From Tubulanus polymorphus (taxonomy: Eukaryota; Animalia; Nemertea): 64,000 bases of DNA. The notes below the pieces were generated by a model. That model searched no databases. It saw nothing but the letters and a program-made list of their open reading frames with translations, and was not told the DNA's origin. Each line of letters begins with the position of its first letter. The first letter of the stretch is position 1. Shown here piece after piece: positions 37,161-49,000 of this stretch. The stretch is taken from contig NC_134027.1 of assembly GCF_964204645.1 (NCBI RefSeq), positions 16,950,560 to 17,014,559 on the forward strand. The letters run 5' to 3'. A program made the translations under genes and the position numbers.

Positions 37161-38288
37161 TTATATATTTTTAATTTTACTTGATAATATCCATTCATTA
37201 AATTTATCTGGCCATCCAACCCATTTTACTAAAGAATATTTTTTTCTTTTAATACTTTTTGTTTTTAATACTTTTTCAATTTTATATTCTTGTTTTAGAT
37301 TTTCAGTAGTTAAACTTAATTCTTCTTCGTAAAAGTAGCCATCAACTTCTTCACCATCTAAATCTTCTAATTTATAGACATATGGTTTTGTTGTTATTAC
37401 CTTTTTTATTTTATATATTTCTCTAGTAAAATTTCGATCGTATCCTTTGTCAAATATCTTTTTATACTTAGAAATTCTAACATTTTGACCAACTTTAAAT
37501 TTAGGTTCACCAAAATCATCTACAAGAAATGCTCCATATAAATTATTCCAAACAATTTCAGCATTTTCAGATTTTCTAGCATCAATAGGTTTCATTCCAA
37601 TAGAAGAATGATAAGAATTATTATATCCTTCTATCAATTTTAGCAAAACATCAATCCATTTAAAAGTATTATTTGCTGTAAAATATTTCCACATTCTTGT
37701 TCTTAATGTTCTATTAAATCGTTCAACAACTGCTGCTTTTTTATCCGATTTTGTTGAAAAATATTTAATATTATGAAAATCTAAAAGTCCATGAACTAAT
37801 GAATTATCAAATTCTTTTCCATCATCAAATTGAATTTTTTCTGGTTTTAGTTTACCACCTGAAAGAAATTTTCTTAAAACATGTGATGTTTGTGCAGCAT
37901 CTTTTCTATAAAGTGGGAAGCTCCATACATAACGACTAAAAATATCAATTATATTCAATATCCACCAATAATCATTATTATCTTTTTTAAGATTTTTCAT
38001 ATCAATTAAATCTCCTTGCCACTGTTGATCTACATAACTTACCATAGTTTTACGAGTTTTATATTTTCTAACAATTTTTTTATGTGTTGTATATGTTGGT
38101 TGTTCTAACATAAATTCATTTATATCTTTATATTTAACTAAATTTTGTGGGATTATCTTATCTAATTTATCTTGTTTTACTTTACGCCATATATTTTTAG
38201 TAGAAGAATAAGCAACCGAACTCTCAGGGTTGTAATATAAATTTCTTAAATATTGTTCTTTAGTATTAGGAGTTTTTTTACCACCCAT
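37161..38288 (-). CDS. int: Polinton B retroviral-like integrase with C-terminal chromodomain
   Basis: DDE: WQGDLIDM, IQFDDGKEF, VERFNRTL; YKIEKVL...LVKWVGWPDKFNEWI chromodomain; intact 375 aa. Confidence 0.95.
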   Translation of the reverse strand: MGGKKTPNTKEQYLRNLYYNPESSVAYSSTKNIWRKVKQDKLDKIIPQNLVKYKDINEFMLEQPTYTTHKKIVRKYKTRKTMVSYVDQQWQGDLIDMKNLKKDNNDYWWILNIIDIFSRYVWSFPLYRKDAAQTSHVLRKFLSGGKLKPEKIQFDDGKEFDNSLVHGLLDFHNIKYFSTKSDKKAAVVERFNRTLRTRMWKYFTANNTFKWIDVLLKLIEGYNNSYHSSIGMKPIDARKSENAEIVWNNLYGAFLVDDFGEPKFKVGQNVRISKYKKIFDKGYDRNFTREIYKIKKVITTKPYVYKLEDLDGEEVDGYFYEEELSLTTENLKQEYKIEKVLKTKSIKRKKYSLVKWVGWPDKFNEWILSSKIKNI

Positions 38289-38318
38289 TTATATATCCTT
38301 AATTTTAACTTTATATTT

Positions 38319-39556
38319 CTAATATTGAATACTATCTAATTGAGAATTTACAATATTTAATTGTGCGTCAGATATAATATAAATGTGCATTTTAAAATTT
38401 TTGATTCCTTTATTCTTTTTCATGAATAATTGTATTCCATCTTTAGTGTTCTGTATTTTTTTTCCAGAACCATGTAATGAATTATCTTCAGTTGTTCTAA
38501 AATCTAACCATAATGCATATTTATTGCCGGTATAATAATCAATTTGATTAATATTACAATTTTCAAATGATTTTACTTTTTCATTCATAAAATGTTTTCT
38601 AATTTCTGGCCATTGATCATTCATTCTCATTCCTTGACAAAATATTTTATTTGCTATTCCTTCGATAGTTATTTCTACTTTTGTTATTTCAGGATTATAA
38701 TAATTATCAACATTTATTGCGCCATTAGTATACGTTCCAATGGTAAAAAATATTAATATACCTTTAATAGATCTTCTAGGAAAGTTAATATTCTCATTAA
38801 TAATTTCATCATTTGCATTAATAGTGCATCATCAATATAATCATATAATAATGAAAATCCTTGATTGTATTGAGTTTGAATTGTGCTAGCAATATTTTCA
38901 TTAGTTATTGTGTTATATTCTAAACATATATTCGATAATTTATAACTCATATCTTTAACAACGCTAGATAATACAATTTCATTTACAGGAGCAAATGTTA
39001 TCTCAAATATAATATCTTCTTGAATTGCGTATTTATATAAAGGTGCATTATTATTTATCAATTCAAAATCTAATGGAATTTTATATTTGCTTCCATAAAT
39101 CTTTTTAATCAAATTATCTACGTCATTATTTACTACTGCGTTATTGGCTTCAGATCTTAATTTATTTTGGTTTTCTGATTGAATTCCTTGAAATATCATA
39201 TTATTTCTATTTTCTTTAGTTAACCATAAATCTTTATAATGCATAAATAAATTATAATCATCTAATGAGAAAACTGTTTCTGGACCAATCTTTATTGTTA
39301 ACTTTTTAATCAAATATCTTCCAACATTATCAACGACATAATTATTATTATTGCCAGATACTTTTATATCGGCTGATAAATAAATACTGTTTGGAACATA
39401 AAAAGTATTTTGTGTTAATCTAGGAATTCTAACATATAAAGTTTCATCGGGATTAATATTTGAAGGGTTATGAGTAATTATCTGATGTGATCTTTCTGCT
39501 TTAATAGCATTAGATATTCTATGATTCTTCGAAGGACTTATATAACTCCCACTCAT
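38319..39556 (-). pseudogene. Major capsid protein (double jelly-roll), frameshifted
   Basis: THNPS.I.P...L.VR.P, KIPLDFE, L.NI.LEY, LWLDFRT..DNSLHGSG motifs typical of invertebrate Polinton MCPs; ~410 codons; adjacent to INT/ATPase. Confidence 0.75.
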
Positions 39557-39580
39557 TTATTTAACAAAAAAATTAATTAT

Positions 39581-41005
39581 TTATTTTTTTGATATCATAT
39601 TTACTAAACCAAAAATAATAGCACTTACAACTGTAATTAAAAATAAAATAATATGTTCAGCAGCAAAGTTAATAATGTTTCCTGCAGATTTCAATATAAA
39701 ACCAACAATTGAAGCAATAATTCCTGGCAATGCTGCAGCAGATTTTTTAGATAGTTCCCATAAATATTTTGCTAATTTTTTTAAACCATCCTTAACTTTA
39801 TCTTGTATAGAATTATTTCCTGGAGGTTTATCTGGTTTATTTGGAGTAGATTTCAAAGCATTTGATATTACTAAACCAATTGTTGTAAATAACATAGTTA
39901 CAGCTGTTAGAATTGAAAGAATTGTTATTCCTTCTAATTTAAATAATAACTTTATTCTATCTTTCAATGATAATTCAGAATTTGGTTTAATCAACAAATC
40001 TTTAAAAATAACTTTTAATCTATTAATATTATAATCATATGATTTTAATAATAATTTAATTTCTTCTTTCTGTACTTCTAAATTATCTTTTAAATTACTA
40101 ATTTCTTTTTCTAAACGTAATTCTTTTTGCCTATATTCTATTTCATCAATTACTTGATGATCTAAATCAGACTTTAATTGTTCTATTTCTTTATTTTTAT
40201 CAGTTAATTCTTTTTCCAAATACATAATTTTTTGATCTCTTATACTTTTATTATGTGCAATTTTATCAGATGCAAGTCTTATACTAATAATTTCTCTAAT
40301 TGCTTTATCAGAAAATATATCTAAATCTTCTAATTCTTGATCTGTTGCATCAAATAATCCATTCGGTAAAAGTTTTTCAATTGGAACTTTATTTGATCTA
40401 AGTTTACTATTTTTGGAAGTTATATTCTGTTCAGAAGTTGTTTCTGTTTCTGATTTCTTTTTGATTATTTCAAATAATTCATTAATTCTTTGTTTAAATA
40501 CATCTATATTATCATCTATTTCTTTTTGTGTAACATCAGTTATTTCATTACTATTACTTATTATTTTAATTCTATCTGGTTTTAATTTTTCTAAAGTTGA
40601 TTCTAATAATATTTTATTTTTATTATTTTTATAAGTGATATCAATATAATAATCACCTTTCAAACGATAATAACATTTACCATTATCTAAAAATTTCAAT
40701 TGATCTGCTAAAAGTCCAACGTCTTCATTATTTATGTTAAAATTAGATTTTTCAATTAAATCTTCTAATTTAGGTATTTTGTTTAAATTATCTAAATCTT
40801 GTTTTACTAAATATGGGTCTAAATTTTCAGGATTTAATTGTGATTCAGCATTTTTAATATAATCAGGCATATTTAAATTATTGTTATATTCTGGTTCATT
40901 ACCATCATTAAAACTTGTTTCATCAAAATCAGGTGGTTGTTCATCAGTTATGTTAGGTTCATCAAAAGGATCCATTCCAATATCTTCTCCACCTTCTACA
41001 TCCAT
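39581..41005 (-). CDS. Coiled-coil protein with C-terminal membrane helices
   Basis: 474 aa, acidic N-terminus, heptad region, 2-3 hydrophobic helices; homolog in Polinton A. Confidence 0.85.
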   Translation of the reverse strand: MDVEGGEDIGMDPFDEPNITDEQPPDFDETSFNDGNEPEYNNNLNMPDYIKNAESQLNPENLDPYLVKQDLDNLNKIPKLEDLIEKSNFNINNEDVGLLADQLKFLDNGKCYYRLKGDYYIDITYKNNKNKILLESTLEKLKPDRIKIISNSNEITDVTQKEIDDNIDVFKQRINELFEIIKKKSETETTSEQNITSKNSKLRSNKVPIEKLLPNGLFDATDQELEDLDIFSDKAIREIISIRLASDKIAHNKSIRDQKIMYLEKELTDKNKEIEQLKSDLDHQVIDEIEYRQKELRLEKEISNLKDNLEVQKEEIKLLLKSYDYNINRLKVIFKDLLIKPNSELSLKDRIKLLFKLEGITILSILTAVTMLFTTIGLVISNALKSTPNKPDKPPGNNSIQDKVKDGLKKLAKYLWELSKKSAAALPGIIASIVGFILKSAGNIINFAAEHIILFLITVVSAIIFGLVNMISKK

Positions 41006-41021
41006 TTATATAATAAAAAAA

Positions 41022-42362
41022 TTAAAATTTAAAATATAATATTCCTCCTATAACAATTCCTATACAAGTTATAGCTAATTTAGTAGTATTTTCATGGAAT
41101 TTATTATCATCATTTAGTTTAATTACATCATGTTGAATTTTATCGGTTTTAATATCACCGTGTGGGTGCCGTACGGCACCATTTTCTATAGTATTGTAAT
41201 CTTTTATTTTGGAATCATTATTTAATTTAATATTATTAGTTTTAGTTTCTGTTGATTGAATATGTTTTTTATTTTTTTCACCTTCCATTAATTTTGGAGC
41301 AGTAATAATCTTTTTATTTATATCATTTAATCCAATTGAATTATTTATTGTTGCAGTTTTAATTAGATTATTATAACCAATTATGTTTCCCATCTTTAAT
41401 ACTAAATCATTAGAAATAATTAATAGATTAGGGCCTATACAATAATTTAATCTAATATGTGATTTATCTAAATAATTTTGATATCTTACAATGTTTTCTG
41501 GAATCGATCTATTTTTATCATTATGAATGGAATCTTCAAATAATACTTTGAATTGTTTCTGCGCATCAAATGAAGTACTATTATTTCCAACTATTGGTGA
41601 TCTTGTTTCAACTTGTGCACCTAAAATACATATCAAATAAGTTCTAATTGATTGATTTATTCTTTGTATACCGGGTTTTGTAAATCCTTCACTATAAGAT
41701 TCAATAAAATAAACCCAACCATTATTATTATTAATTTTATAATTATGATAAGCTCCAATTCAATGCATATAATCAATTCTTTTTATTTCATACTGTTCAC
41801 CGACACCTTGCAATTTACCATGCGCTCTAAAATCGAAATTAATATTTATATTAAATTCATTACATATTTTATAAAACTTAGATAGATTAATATTATTATC
41901 TAATTCTTTAAAATATTTTGATCCAGGTAAAGGGCATTCTAATTCATTTAATATAATTCTAATTTGAAAGTATACATGAAATCTAAATATTGTATGAATG
42001 AATTTTAAATCAGAATATTTCAAATTTTTATCTAAGTTATTCAAGTGATCATGCCAACTTACACCACAACCAGCTGTTGCACAATGAACAGCAAAATTTA
42101 ATTGATTCTGCCAATATTTCATATTAGATTTTACTTTATATATATTATATTCATCTCGAGTAAAAGTAACTTCATATGTATTAAATATATTTTCCATTTT
42201 AGAAATAAAATAGTTTGTTTCAGTAACATAAATTTCTAAATTAATCAATGAAGGTAAAACTAAATTTTTATATATTATCATGTTACTAAAATCTATTGCT
42301 GGAGTATTATATTTATAATATTCATGTGATTTATTATATTGGAAAGCTTTTGGAAACCCCAT
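41022..42362 (-). pseudogene. Conserved Polinton protein (WQNQLNFAV.CAT.GCG), C-terminal TM; frameshifted
   Basis: ORFs 41760-42362 and 41022-41636 are joined in the homolog 53399-54469. Confidence 0.82.
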
Positions 42363-42378
42363 TTATATAATTAAAAAA

Positions 42379-42813
42379 TTAATAATTTATTAATTCTTTT
42401 AATAATTTATCTTGTTCTTCAACTGTTATATGACCATTTAAACTTATTATATAATCTAATGTGTTCTTTAATTTATTAATTTCTTTTATATTAGTTTTGA
42501 TTTTTTCTTTATTACTTTTTATATTTAATTTTGAACTTATACCAGTTAAAACACTTGAACTTAATCCTAATACACCAATTGATATAGCTAAAGGTGTTAA
42601 TGGGCTGAATATTGCTAGAAATGTTATTACAGAACTAATTGTAACCGAACCACTTATAATCAAATAATATATAATTTTACTTTTTAAATATTTTTTCTTT
42701 TTTATCTTTAAGTCACTTTCAAATTCTAATATTTGTTTTTCTAAATATGTTTTTAATTTAGTTTTATTTATATCATGAGGAATAATATCAATACTATCAA
42801 CTTTATCTTCCAT
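42379..42813 (-). CDS. Two-helix membrane protein with coiled-coil
   Basis: 144 aa, hydrophobic hairpin, TAAATG start. Confidence 0.75.
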   Translation of the reverse strand: MEDKVDSIDIIPHDINKTKLKTYLEKQILEFESDLKIKKKKYLKSKIIYYLIISGSVTISSVITFLAIFSPLTPLAISIGVLGLSSSVLTGISSKLNIKSNKEKIKTNIKEINKLKNTLDYIISLNGHITVEEQDKLLKELINY

Positions 42814-42832
42814 TTATTTAGAATAAAAATTA

Positions 42833-43255
42833 CTAATTAGTAAATTTATAAGCAACAAATATAACAATAACTGTTCCACCTAAAATCCATATTATTTCAT
42901 ATTTCTGTTGTTCTTTACTTGGGGTATAATAATCTGATAATTTAGGTTTGTATAGATGTAATTTTTCTTTATTTGTTACTGCGTTATATAAACTCATTGC
43001 ATCATCAACTGATTGAAAATCTCTATGTGAAATCTTCTGATCATATAATTCTTTATTGATGTAATCCATATAGTTTTGTCTCTTTTCTCTATATTCTTCT
43101 GCAGCTTTATTGTATTTCTCTAACGCTAAGTTATGTCTTCTTTGTTCTCCTAATGAACTATTTTTATCAATATGTTTAAATAAATAACCACCACCAGTAA
43201 ATGCTGAAGCGTTAACAATTGCTGATCCTATAATAGTTATAATTGCAGAAGCCAT
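42833..43255 (-). CDS. Membrane protein with N- and C-terminal hydrophobic segments
   Basis: 140 aa, NA.AFTG..YLF...RHNLA motif; homolog at 54481-54720. Confidence 0.8.
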   Translation of the reverse strand: MASAIITIIGSAIVNASAFTGGGYLFKHIDKNSSLGEQRRHNLALEKYNKAAEEYREKRQNYMDYINKELYDQKISHRDFQSVDDAMSLYNAVTNKEKLHLYKPKLSDYYTPSKEQQKYEIIWILGGTVIVIFVAYKFTN

Positions 43256-43280
43256 TTATTTAGCAAAAAAAATTATGTAT

Positions 43281-43502
43281 TTATATGGGAGGAATATATT
43301 TTTGTTTTTCCAAATAATCAATAGTTAAATTAGATAAAGTAACTGCTAATGTTAACTTTAAAATATCATTTATATCAAATCTATCAACATTAACACTTCC
43401 CATTTTGAATACTTTTTTTAATACCATTGAATAACCAACCGTTCCAACTGATAGTAATGCGCCATTATATAATCCAGTTATTATCCACTTATTATCACTC
43501 AT
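43281..43502 (-). CDS. Small hydrophobic protein
   Basis: 73 aa, TAAATG start, tightly packed in the array. Confidence 0.7.
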   Translation of the reverse strand: MSDNKWIITGLYNGALLSVGTVGYSMVLKKVFKMGSVNVDRFDINDILKLTLAVTLSNLTIDYLEKQKYIPPI

Positions 43503-43505
43503 TTA

Positions 43506-43850
43506 TTAATCAAAAAAATTACTATCTTCAAAATATTTAGTTAACTTATTTATGATTAATTCAACATTTATTTCATTTCTAGTTTTATGATTATCATATA
43601 TTTTGGTTAATATGTTTTTGATATCATCGATTATAAAATCTTCATCTAATTCATAAAATCTTAAAGACTCAGTAATCTTTTCTACATTTAAAGTTTCTTT
43701 ATCTATTGTTGTTTCATACTCAAATGTTGTTTCATTAGAAAATGCAGTATTTTTGATATGTGTTATTACATCATTAATGTTAAATTTCATTTCTTTCTCA
43801 CATTTAAAATCAAATCCAAAACATATACTCGGTCCAACAGTTATATTCAT
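43506..43850 (-). CDS. Hypothetical protein
   Basis: 114 aa; homolog at 54781-55101. Confidence 0.75.
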   Translation of the reverse strand: MNITVGPSICFGFDFKCEKEMKFNINDVITHIKNTAFSNETTFEYETTIDKETLNVEKITESLRFYELDEDFIIDDIKNILTKIYDNHKTRNEINVELIINKLTKYFEDSNFFD

Positions 43851-43866
43851 TTATATAGGTGAAAAA

Positions 43867-44619
43867 TTACTCTTTACATCTTATAACTAATTCATAAATT
43901 ACAGGAATGTTATTCAAATCAATTAAGTATCCATTATGATTTCTTATTTCTAATTTAAAATTATTAAATTGAGGAATACAAGGTTTGAAATCACATTCTG
44001 TTAAATTATAATTTATTTGCGTTCCAAATTCTTTAACATTCTTCAATGGTAAAATGTTTAGTAAACCAGAATTACAAGTTATATCTTTAGTTGCTTCGAA
44101 TGTTTTTGTAGGATCGATTAAATTGCAATAAATATAAAAATGTGTAAAAGGCATTATATTTGGTGTAGTATCAACATTTGAATAATATTTATCTGGTGTA
44201 ATTCCTAATAGTTTAGCTATAGGTTTTTTAACTGAAAATTGATATTTTTCATTATGAGCTAACCTTATCTTCATTTTATTAGAATTATCACTTTTCAAAA
44301 ATCTAATGTTAAATTCAGCATCACTACCTAATTTGATCCGAGCTTTTTTATTAATTTCCTGCGCTAATGTATTTAAATTATATAATCCTGGTTTTAAAAA
44401 TAGATAATTCCATTTATCCTTACTCTTGATTGAAAAAAATAAATGTTCAAGACTTTTAGCTGTTATATTATAAAATGAGTTACATAAACTTATATTTACT
44501 AATTTTAAATCTACACAATTCTTGAATTCTCTATCTAATTGTATTAGTAAATTATGTGATTTATAATTTGTAAGTTTTCTAGAATCAATAAATATTCTGT
44601 ATTCTTTTAATTCTACCAT
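43867..44619 (-). CDS. Minor capsid protein (penton, single jelly-roll)
   Basis: FIDSR, NSFYNI, G.Y, LLG, YIYCNLI, LNILP, EIRN.NG..IDLN pattern. Confidence 0.8.
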   Translation of the reverse strand: MVELKEYRIFIDSRKLTNYKSHNLLIQLDREFKNCVDLKLVNISLCNSFYNITAKSLEHLFFSIKSKDKWNYLFLKPGLYNLNTLAQEINKKARIKLGSDAEFNIRFLKSDNSNKMKIRLAHNEKYQFSVKKPIAKLLGITPDKYYSNVDTTPNIMPFTHFYIYCNLIDPTKTFEATKDITCNSGLLNILPLKNVKEFGTQINYNLTECDFKPCIPQFNNFKLEIRNHNGYLIDLNNIPVIYELVIRCKE

Positions 44620-44687
44620 TATTTATAACATAAAAAAATTACCGCTCATTACTAAAAATTAATTTTAATAAAATTTTTCCTTAATAA

Positions 44688-46004
44688 ATGGATGAGAAGA
44701 TAGCATGCGAAATTTGTGGTGAACTTCTAAGAAAAAGTAATATGGCTCGACATATGAAAAAACATGATGAAAATTATAAACCCCCTAAAATAAACTGTCC
44801 AAATTGTAATAAAACATTCTCTAGAAATTATTTCAAAAAACATTTAGAGAAGTGTAAAAATAATAACTTAATAGTTAATGTTGACAGTAACGAAAGTAAT
44901 AATAATTCTGTTGAAGTTGAACCTGAAATTATTTGGAAAAGACCTTTCTTATTCTATGATAAGGATAATATAAAAGATCATTTCTGTGAGCCTTGTCGAA
45001 TAAAATATAACCCTGAAAATATAGAAGATTGGGAGAATCATCAATTTCGTAAAGTACATACAGATAAAATTTCTAATAAATTTGAAACTGAATTCAATGC
45101 AAGAAAAAATAATTTATTAGAAAAAATAAAATATGAGAAAACGTTACCAGATAATGAAGAAACAGTTGAAAAGTTAAAAAAACAATATAATGAATTAACA
45201 AGAAAAACATATTATTGTAAATATTGTAAATTGATTATTACAACAAGTAATTCAAATCTACATAATAGAACAATAAAACATAAAGAAAACGTAAGAAAAT
45301 ACCAAGAGCTTAATGAAGATCTATTACCAGTAAATTATAAACAAAAATGCCCACAATGTTATTATACGACCTTAAGACAAGAAGGTACTGTGTTATTTTG
45401 TGTTGATTGTGGATGGCAAAGGAATTTATGGGGTGAAGAAAAAACTAGAGATTTTCTTATAGAACCAAAATTAAATTATCTAGATGAAATTTTTAAAATA
45501 TTTTCTATAGAAGATCATACACCAGAATATATGCAATGGCTTGAAAAAATGAAAATAATAGAAAATAAAAATGGTGAAATAACTAAAAAAGATATTATAA
45601 AAACAATTATTCCACCAACATTTAACACAAAACAAAAGAAAATGTATTTATATTTATTATTTAACGATTATTATGAAAAACCTAAATTAACAGAAGAAGA
45701 TATGGAAAATATAAAAAAAATATTTAAACAAATATTAATGTATCATTTGGAAAATAGAATAACAGATTCAATAAATTATGAATTCTTTTTAAATAAGATT
45801 GTAAATTATTTAAACCTAGATATTATAATTCCATTTGATGAATTAACAAACAAAAAGAAACAAAGAGAGCGAGATGAAATGTGGAACAAGATAGAAATTT
45901 ATTTAAATGAGAAAAATGGAATGGAAGAAGAACCTGAACAATTAAATGAAAATGAAGAAGCTAATAGTGATTTCGAGTATGATGATATTGATTTTATGTT
46001 TTAA
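44688..46004 (+). CDS. Multi-zinc-finger protein with VLTF3-like (poxvirus A2/NCLDV late transcription factor 3) C-terminal half
   Basis: N-terminal C2H2-like fingers, Zn ribbon CPQC..CVDCG, then F..I......R...INY.F.L.KI...L.....F..L...K....D..W.KI...L. Confidence 0.7.
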   Translation: MDEKIACEICGELLRKSNMARHMKKHDENYKPPKINCPNCNKTFSRNYFKKHLEKCKNNNLIVNVDSNESNNNSVEVEPEIIWKRPFLFYDKDNIKDHFCEPCRIKYNPENIEDWENHQFRKVHTDKISNKFETEFNARKNNLLEKIKYEKTLPDNEETVEKLKKQYNELTRKTYYCKYCKLIITTSNSNLHNRTIKHKENVRKYQELNEDLLPVNYKQKCPQCYYTTLRQEGTVLFCVDCGWQRNLWGEEKTRDFLIEPKLNYLDEIFKIFSIEDHTPEYMQWLEKMKIIENKNGEITKKDIIKTIIPPTFNTKQKKMYLYLLFNDYYEKPKLTEEDMENIKKIFKQILMYHLENRITDSINYEFFLNKIVNYLNLDIIIPFDELTNKKKQRERDEMWNKIEIYLNEKNGMEEEPEQLNENEEANSDFEYDDIDFMF

Positions 46005-49000
46005 TGGCCATAAGGTAATGTTTTTATACCATCATCTAAAATATGCCTTTTATCATCAAATGGATTTAAACTAGTTTTTTCAACTTCATTAATGTACATC
46101 TCATGATCTTCTGATCTTAAACAATTCATCTTGTGTTTCATTACAATTGAGTTATATAAACACTTTATATAATCTTGAAATTCTATATGTTTATCAACCA
46201 CATGTTTTGTTATTCCTTTTAACTTTTTAGCTTCATGATCTTTTGTTCTGTAACTATACATTTTACTTCTTATCCCAACAAATTCAATCATTTCATCACC
46301 TCCTAATTCATCTTTAAATTTACCAGGAATCTTTTTATTATCATTGCTAAATAGTTCATGATCTTTAGGATAATTGCCAAAATCAAAATGATGTTTTAAT
46401 GTTTTTAAGTCTTTTGTTATATCATTTGTCTTGATTTTTAGTATGTAGGCGTCAGTATTGACTGCTATTAATGGAAATCCACAGTTAAATGTACCAACCT
46501 CAGTTGATAAATCATAAACATAATCTGTTGGGTTATATATTTCAAATAAATCTTTAACTTCTTCAGTTAACTCATTTTCTGTGTGGCTTATATTAAAGCA
46601 ATTTGGTTTAGATTTAATCAATCCAATATTCATATTAAAACCTAATGAATTGCATAATATATTTAATCCTGATATAGCAACTTTTCCTTTTTGAGCTAAA
46701 GATATTGTTTTGCGGTTTTTGAAACTTTTAGTACCATCGGCTGCGTAGAATCCAATGAAGAACCATTTTCTTAAATTATTTTTTGCATTTAATACATAAT
46801 CTGGTACTATCTTTTCTTTAGTTGAAGTATTACTTTTCATTATTGCATGAATATAGAATTCATTATTGTATTTTATAGCAAAATCTTTAGGATTATTTAC
46901 AAGTATTCTATAAACTGCTGATGATTTCATAACATCCATGATTTTAAAAGTTTTATTTGAATTAACTTCTTCGCAAAATTTCTTTATTCTTTCTAATAAT
47001 TTCAAATCTTGATTGCATAAATACCAACAATATTTAGTTCCACTAACATAATTATACACACCTGCTGAACCATCACCCATGAAAAATCCTTTGATAAAAT
47101 ATTCTTTTTCTTCCAATGTTTCGGGTTCTATATTATAAATATTATCAATTATTTCATCAAATGACATATGATTCATTCTTGGGTAAAATCTGTTGTGTAA
47201 TAATTCATCTCCAATTTTTATATCAGTTGGTTTTATTTTATTACCATTTTGTTTAATCAAACTATGGTCTTCAGTAATATCAACAAATCCTAATTTAGTT
47301 CTAACTCTATAGATTTTCTTATTCGTTTTATGTCTAATTATATTCTTTAATTTTTTCCATCCATTTCTCGTCCAAACATCCATTAATCCATTTATTTGTA
47401 TTAATTCTTTTTCACCATACGAAATATAAGATTTATTTTGATTAGGAATTATTTCTGAAATTCTTCTAATTAATATTTGGTTATTGTATTTTAATAATAT
47501 TGGGGTGTCTGCTGTAACAGAATCAAAATATAGAATTTCTATATGCTTTTCTCCAAAAAGTGGCTGCAAAACATTATAATAAAAATCATACATTAGTAAT
47601 TTTGATATTTCTAAAACTGTTGAACCAATGAAAATAGGTTTATTAAATTTCATTGACGTTCTTTTTAATTTTACCGCGGTCAAATAATCCTCAAACCTTT
47701 TATTTCCTAAATGTCTAGGACTTGATTGTAGGTGTCTCAATCGTTCAGAATTATTTACTAATTCAATATCATTTCTATTTCTAATATTTTCACATGTTTT
47801 ACCATAAAAACTATTATTCATCAATTTAAAGAAATCTTTTTCAAAATCTGTTTTTGATATGGTTCTCTGTTGAGTATTGAAATCTATATATTTTTCTAAC
47901 CACTTCGATTGATTAAATTCAATATATCTATGTACTTTCTTTATTTTCATTCCTTGTTTTAGATAAAATTTTAACATTCTATAATGAACAATATAATTGT
48001 ATTTATTATTTTGAGTAAGTATTAATTTTTCTGTAAAACATGATCTTTCGGTTTTATTTTCTTCTGGTATTCACTTAAATAACTATCATCTACAGTTAAA
48101 TGTTCTGGGCAATAAGGTAAGTTTCTTGTTTTAAACTTTATATTTTCAGGATATTCTAAATCAACTACAAAGAAATAACCAATTGGTGCTTCATCTTTTA
48201 AACTAATAATTGCGCTTTCCCAATCAGTTTTATCACCATTTTCAACTTCTGTTAATATAAAATTTTTATATGGTTGAGGTTGCATCATTGCCCAACCATA
48301 TAAATTATTGGCGTCAATATATAATAATTTATATTCATCATTTGCTTTAAAATACCTATCTCCCATAACACCACTAATTCCACCTCTAATTGATTTTTCA
48401 AATAATAAAACCATATCTGGTTCTTTTAATAAATCTAATTCTACATTTGTATATTTTAAACCACATTGCCAGGTTAAACCAGGACTAGAGTAGCAATAAC
48501 AAGGATCAACATTAAAATGATTCAAATTAACTTCTCTAAATTTTTCAAATATGTCAGCCAATATCATAACATCTGATTTTAAATATAAATCAACTAATTC
48601 GCCATGATTTTTCATCTTAAAATGGTTCCAAATATTTAATGTTCTATTAAACACTTCGTCTTTCACATACTCCTCTTTTAATTTATCATAAAATTGATCT
48701 TTTAATAATTCTGTTACATTAAAATCATCATGTGTTTTATAAAATGAATAAGGCATTGCGCCTTTATATCTCAATAATTTAAAATCTTGGTCATTTGGAT
48801 AATAATATCGAGTTATAACAAAATCATTATCAACTAAACTTTTTGATTAATTATCTAATGAACTTGCTAGAAATCTATAAGAATCTAAAAATCTAATGCA
48901 ACCAAATTGAAATGAAATATAATTTTCAGATGTTTTAGCTAATAGTTTAAAATCATATTTTCTTACATTTGCTTCATTCATAGCATTATATTCTTCTATT

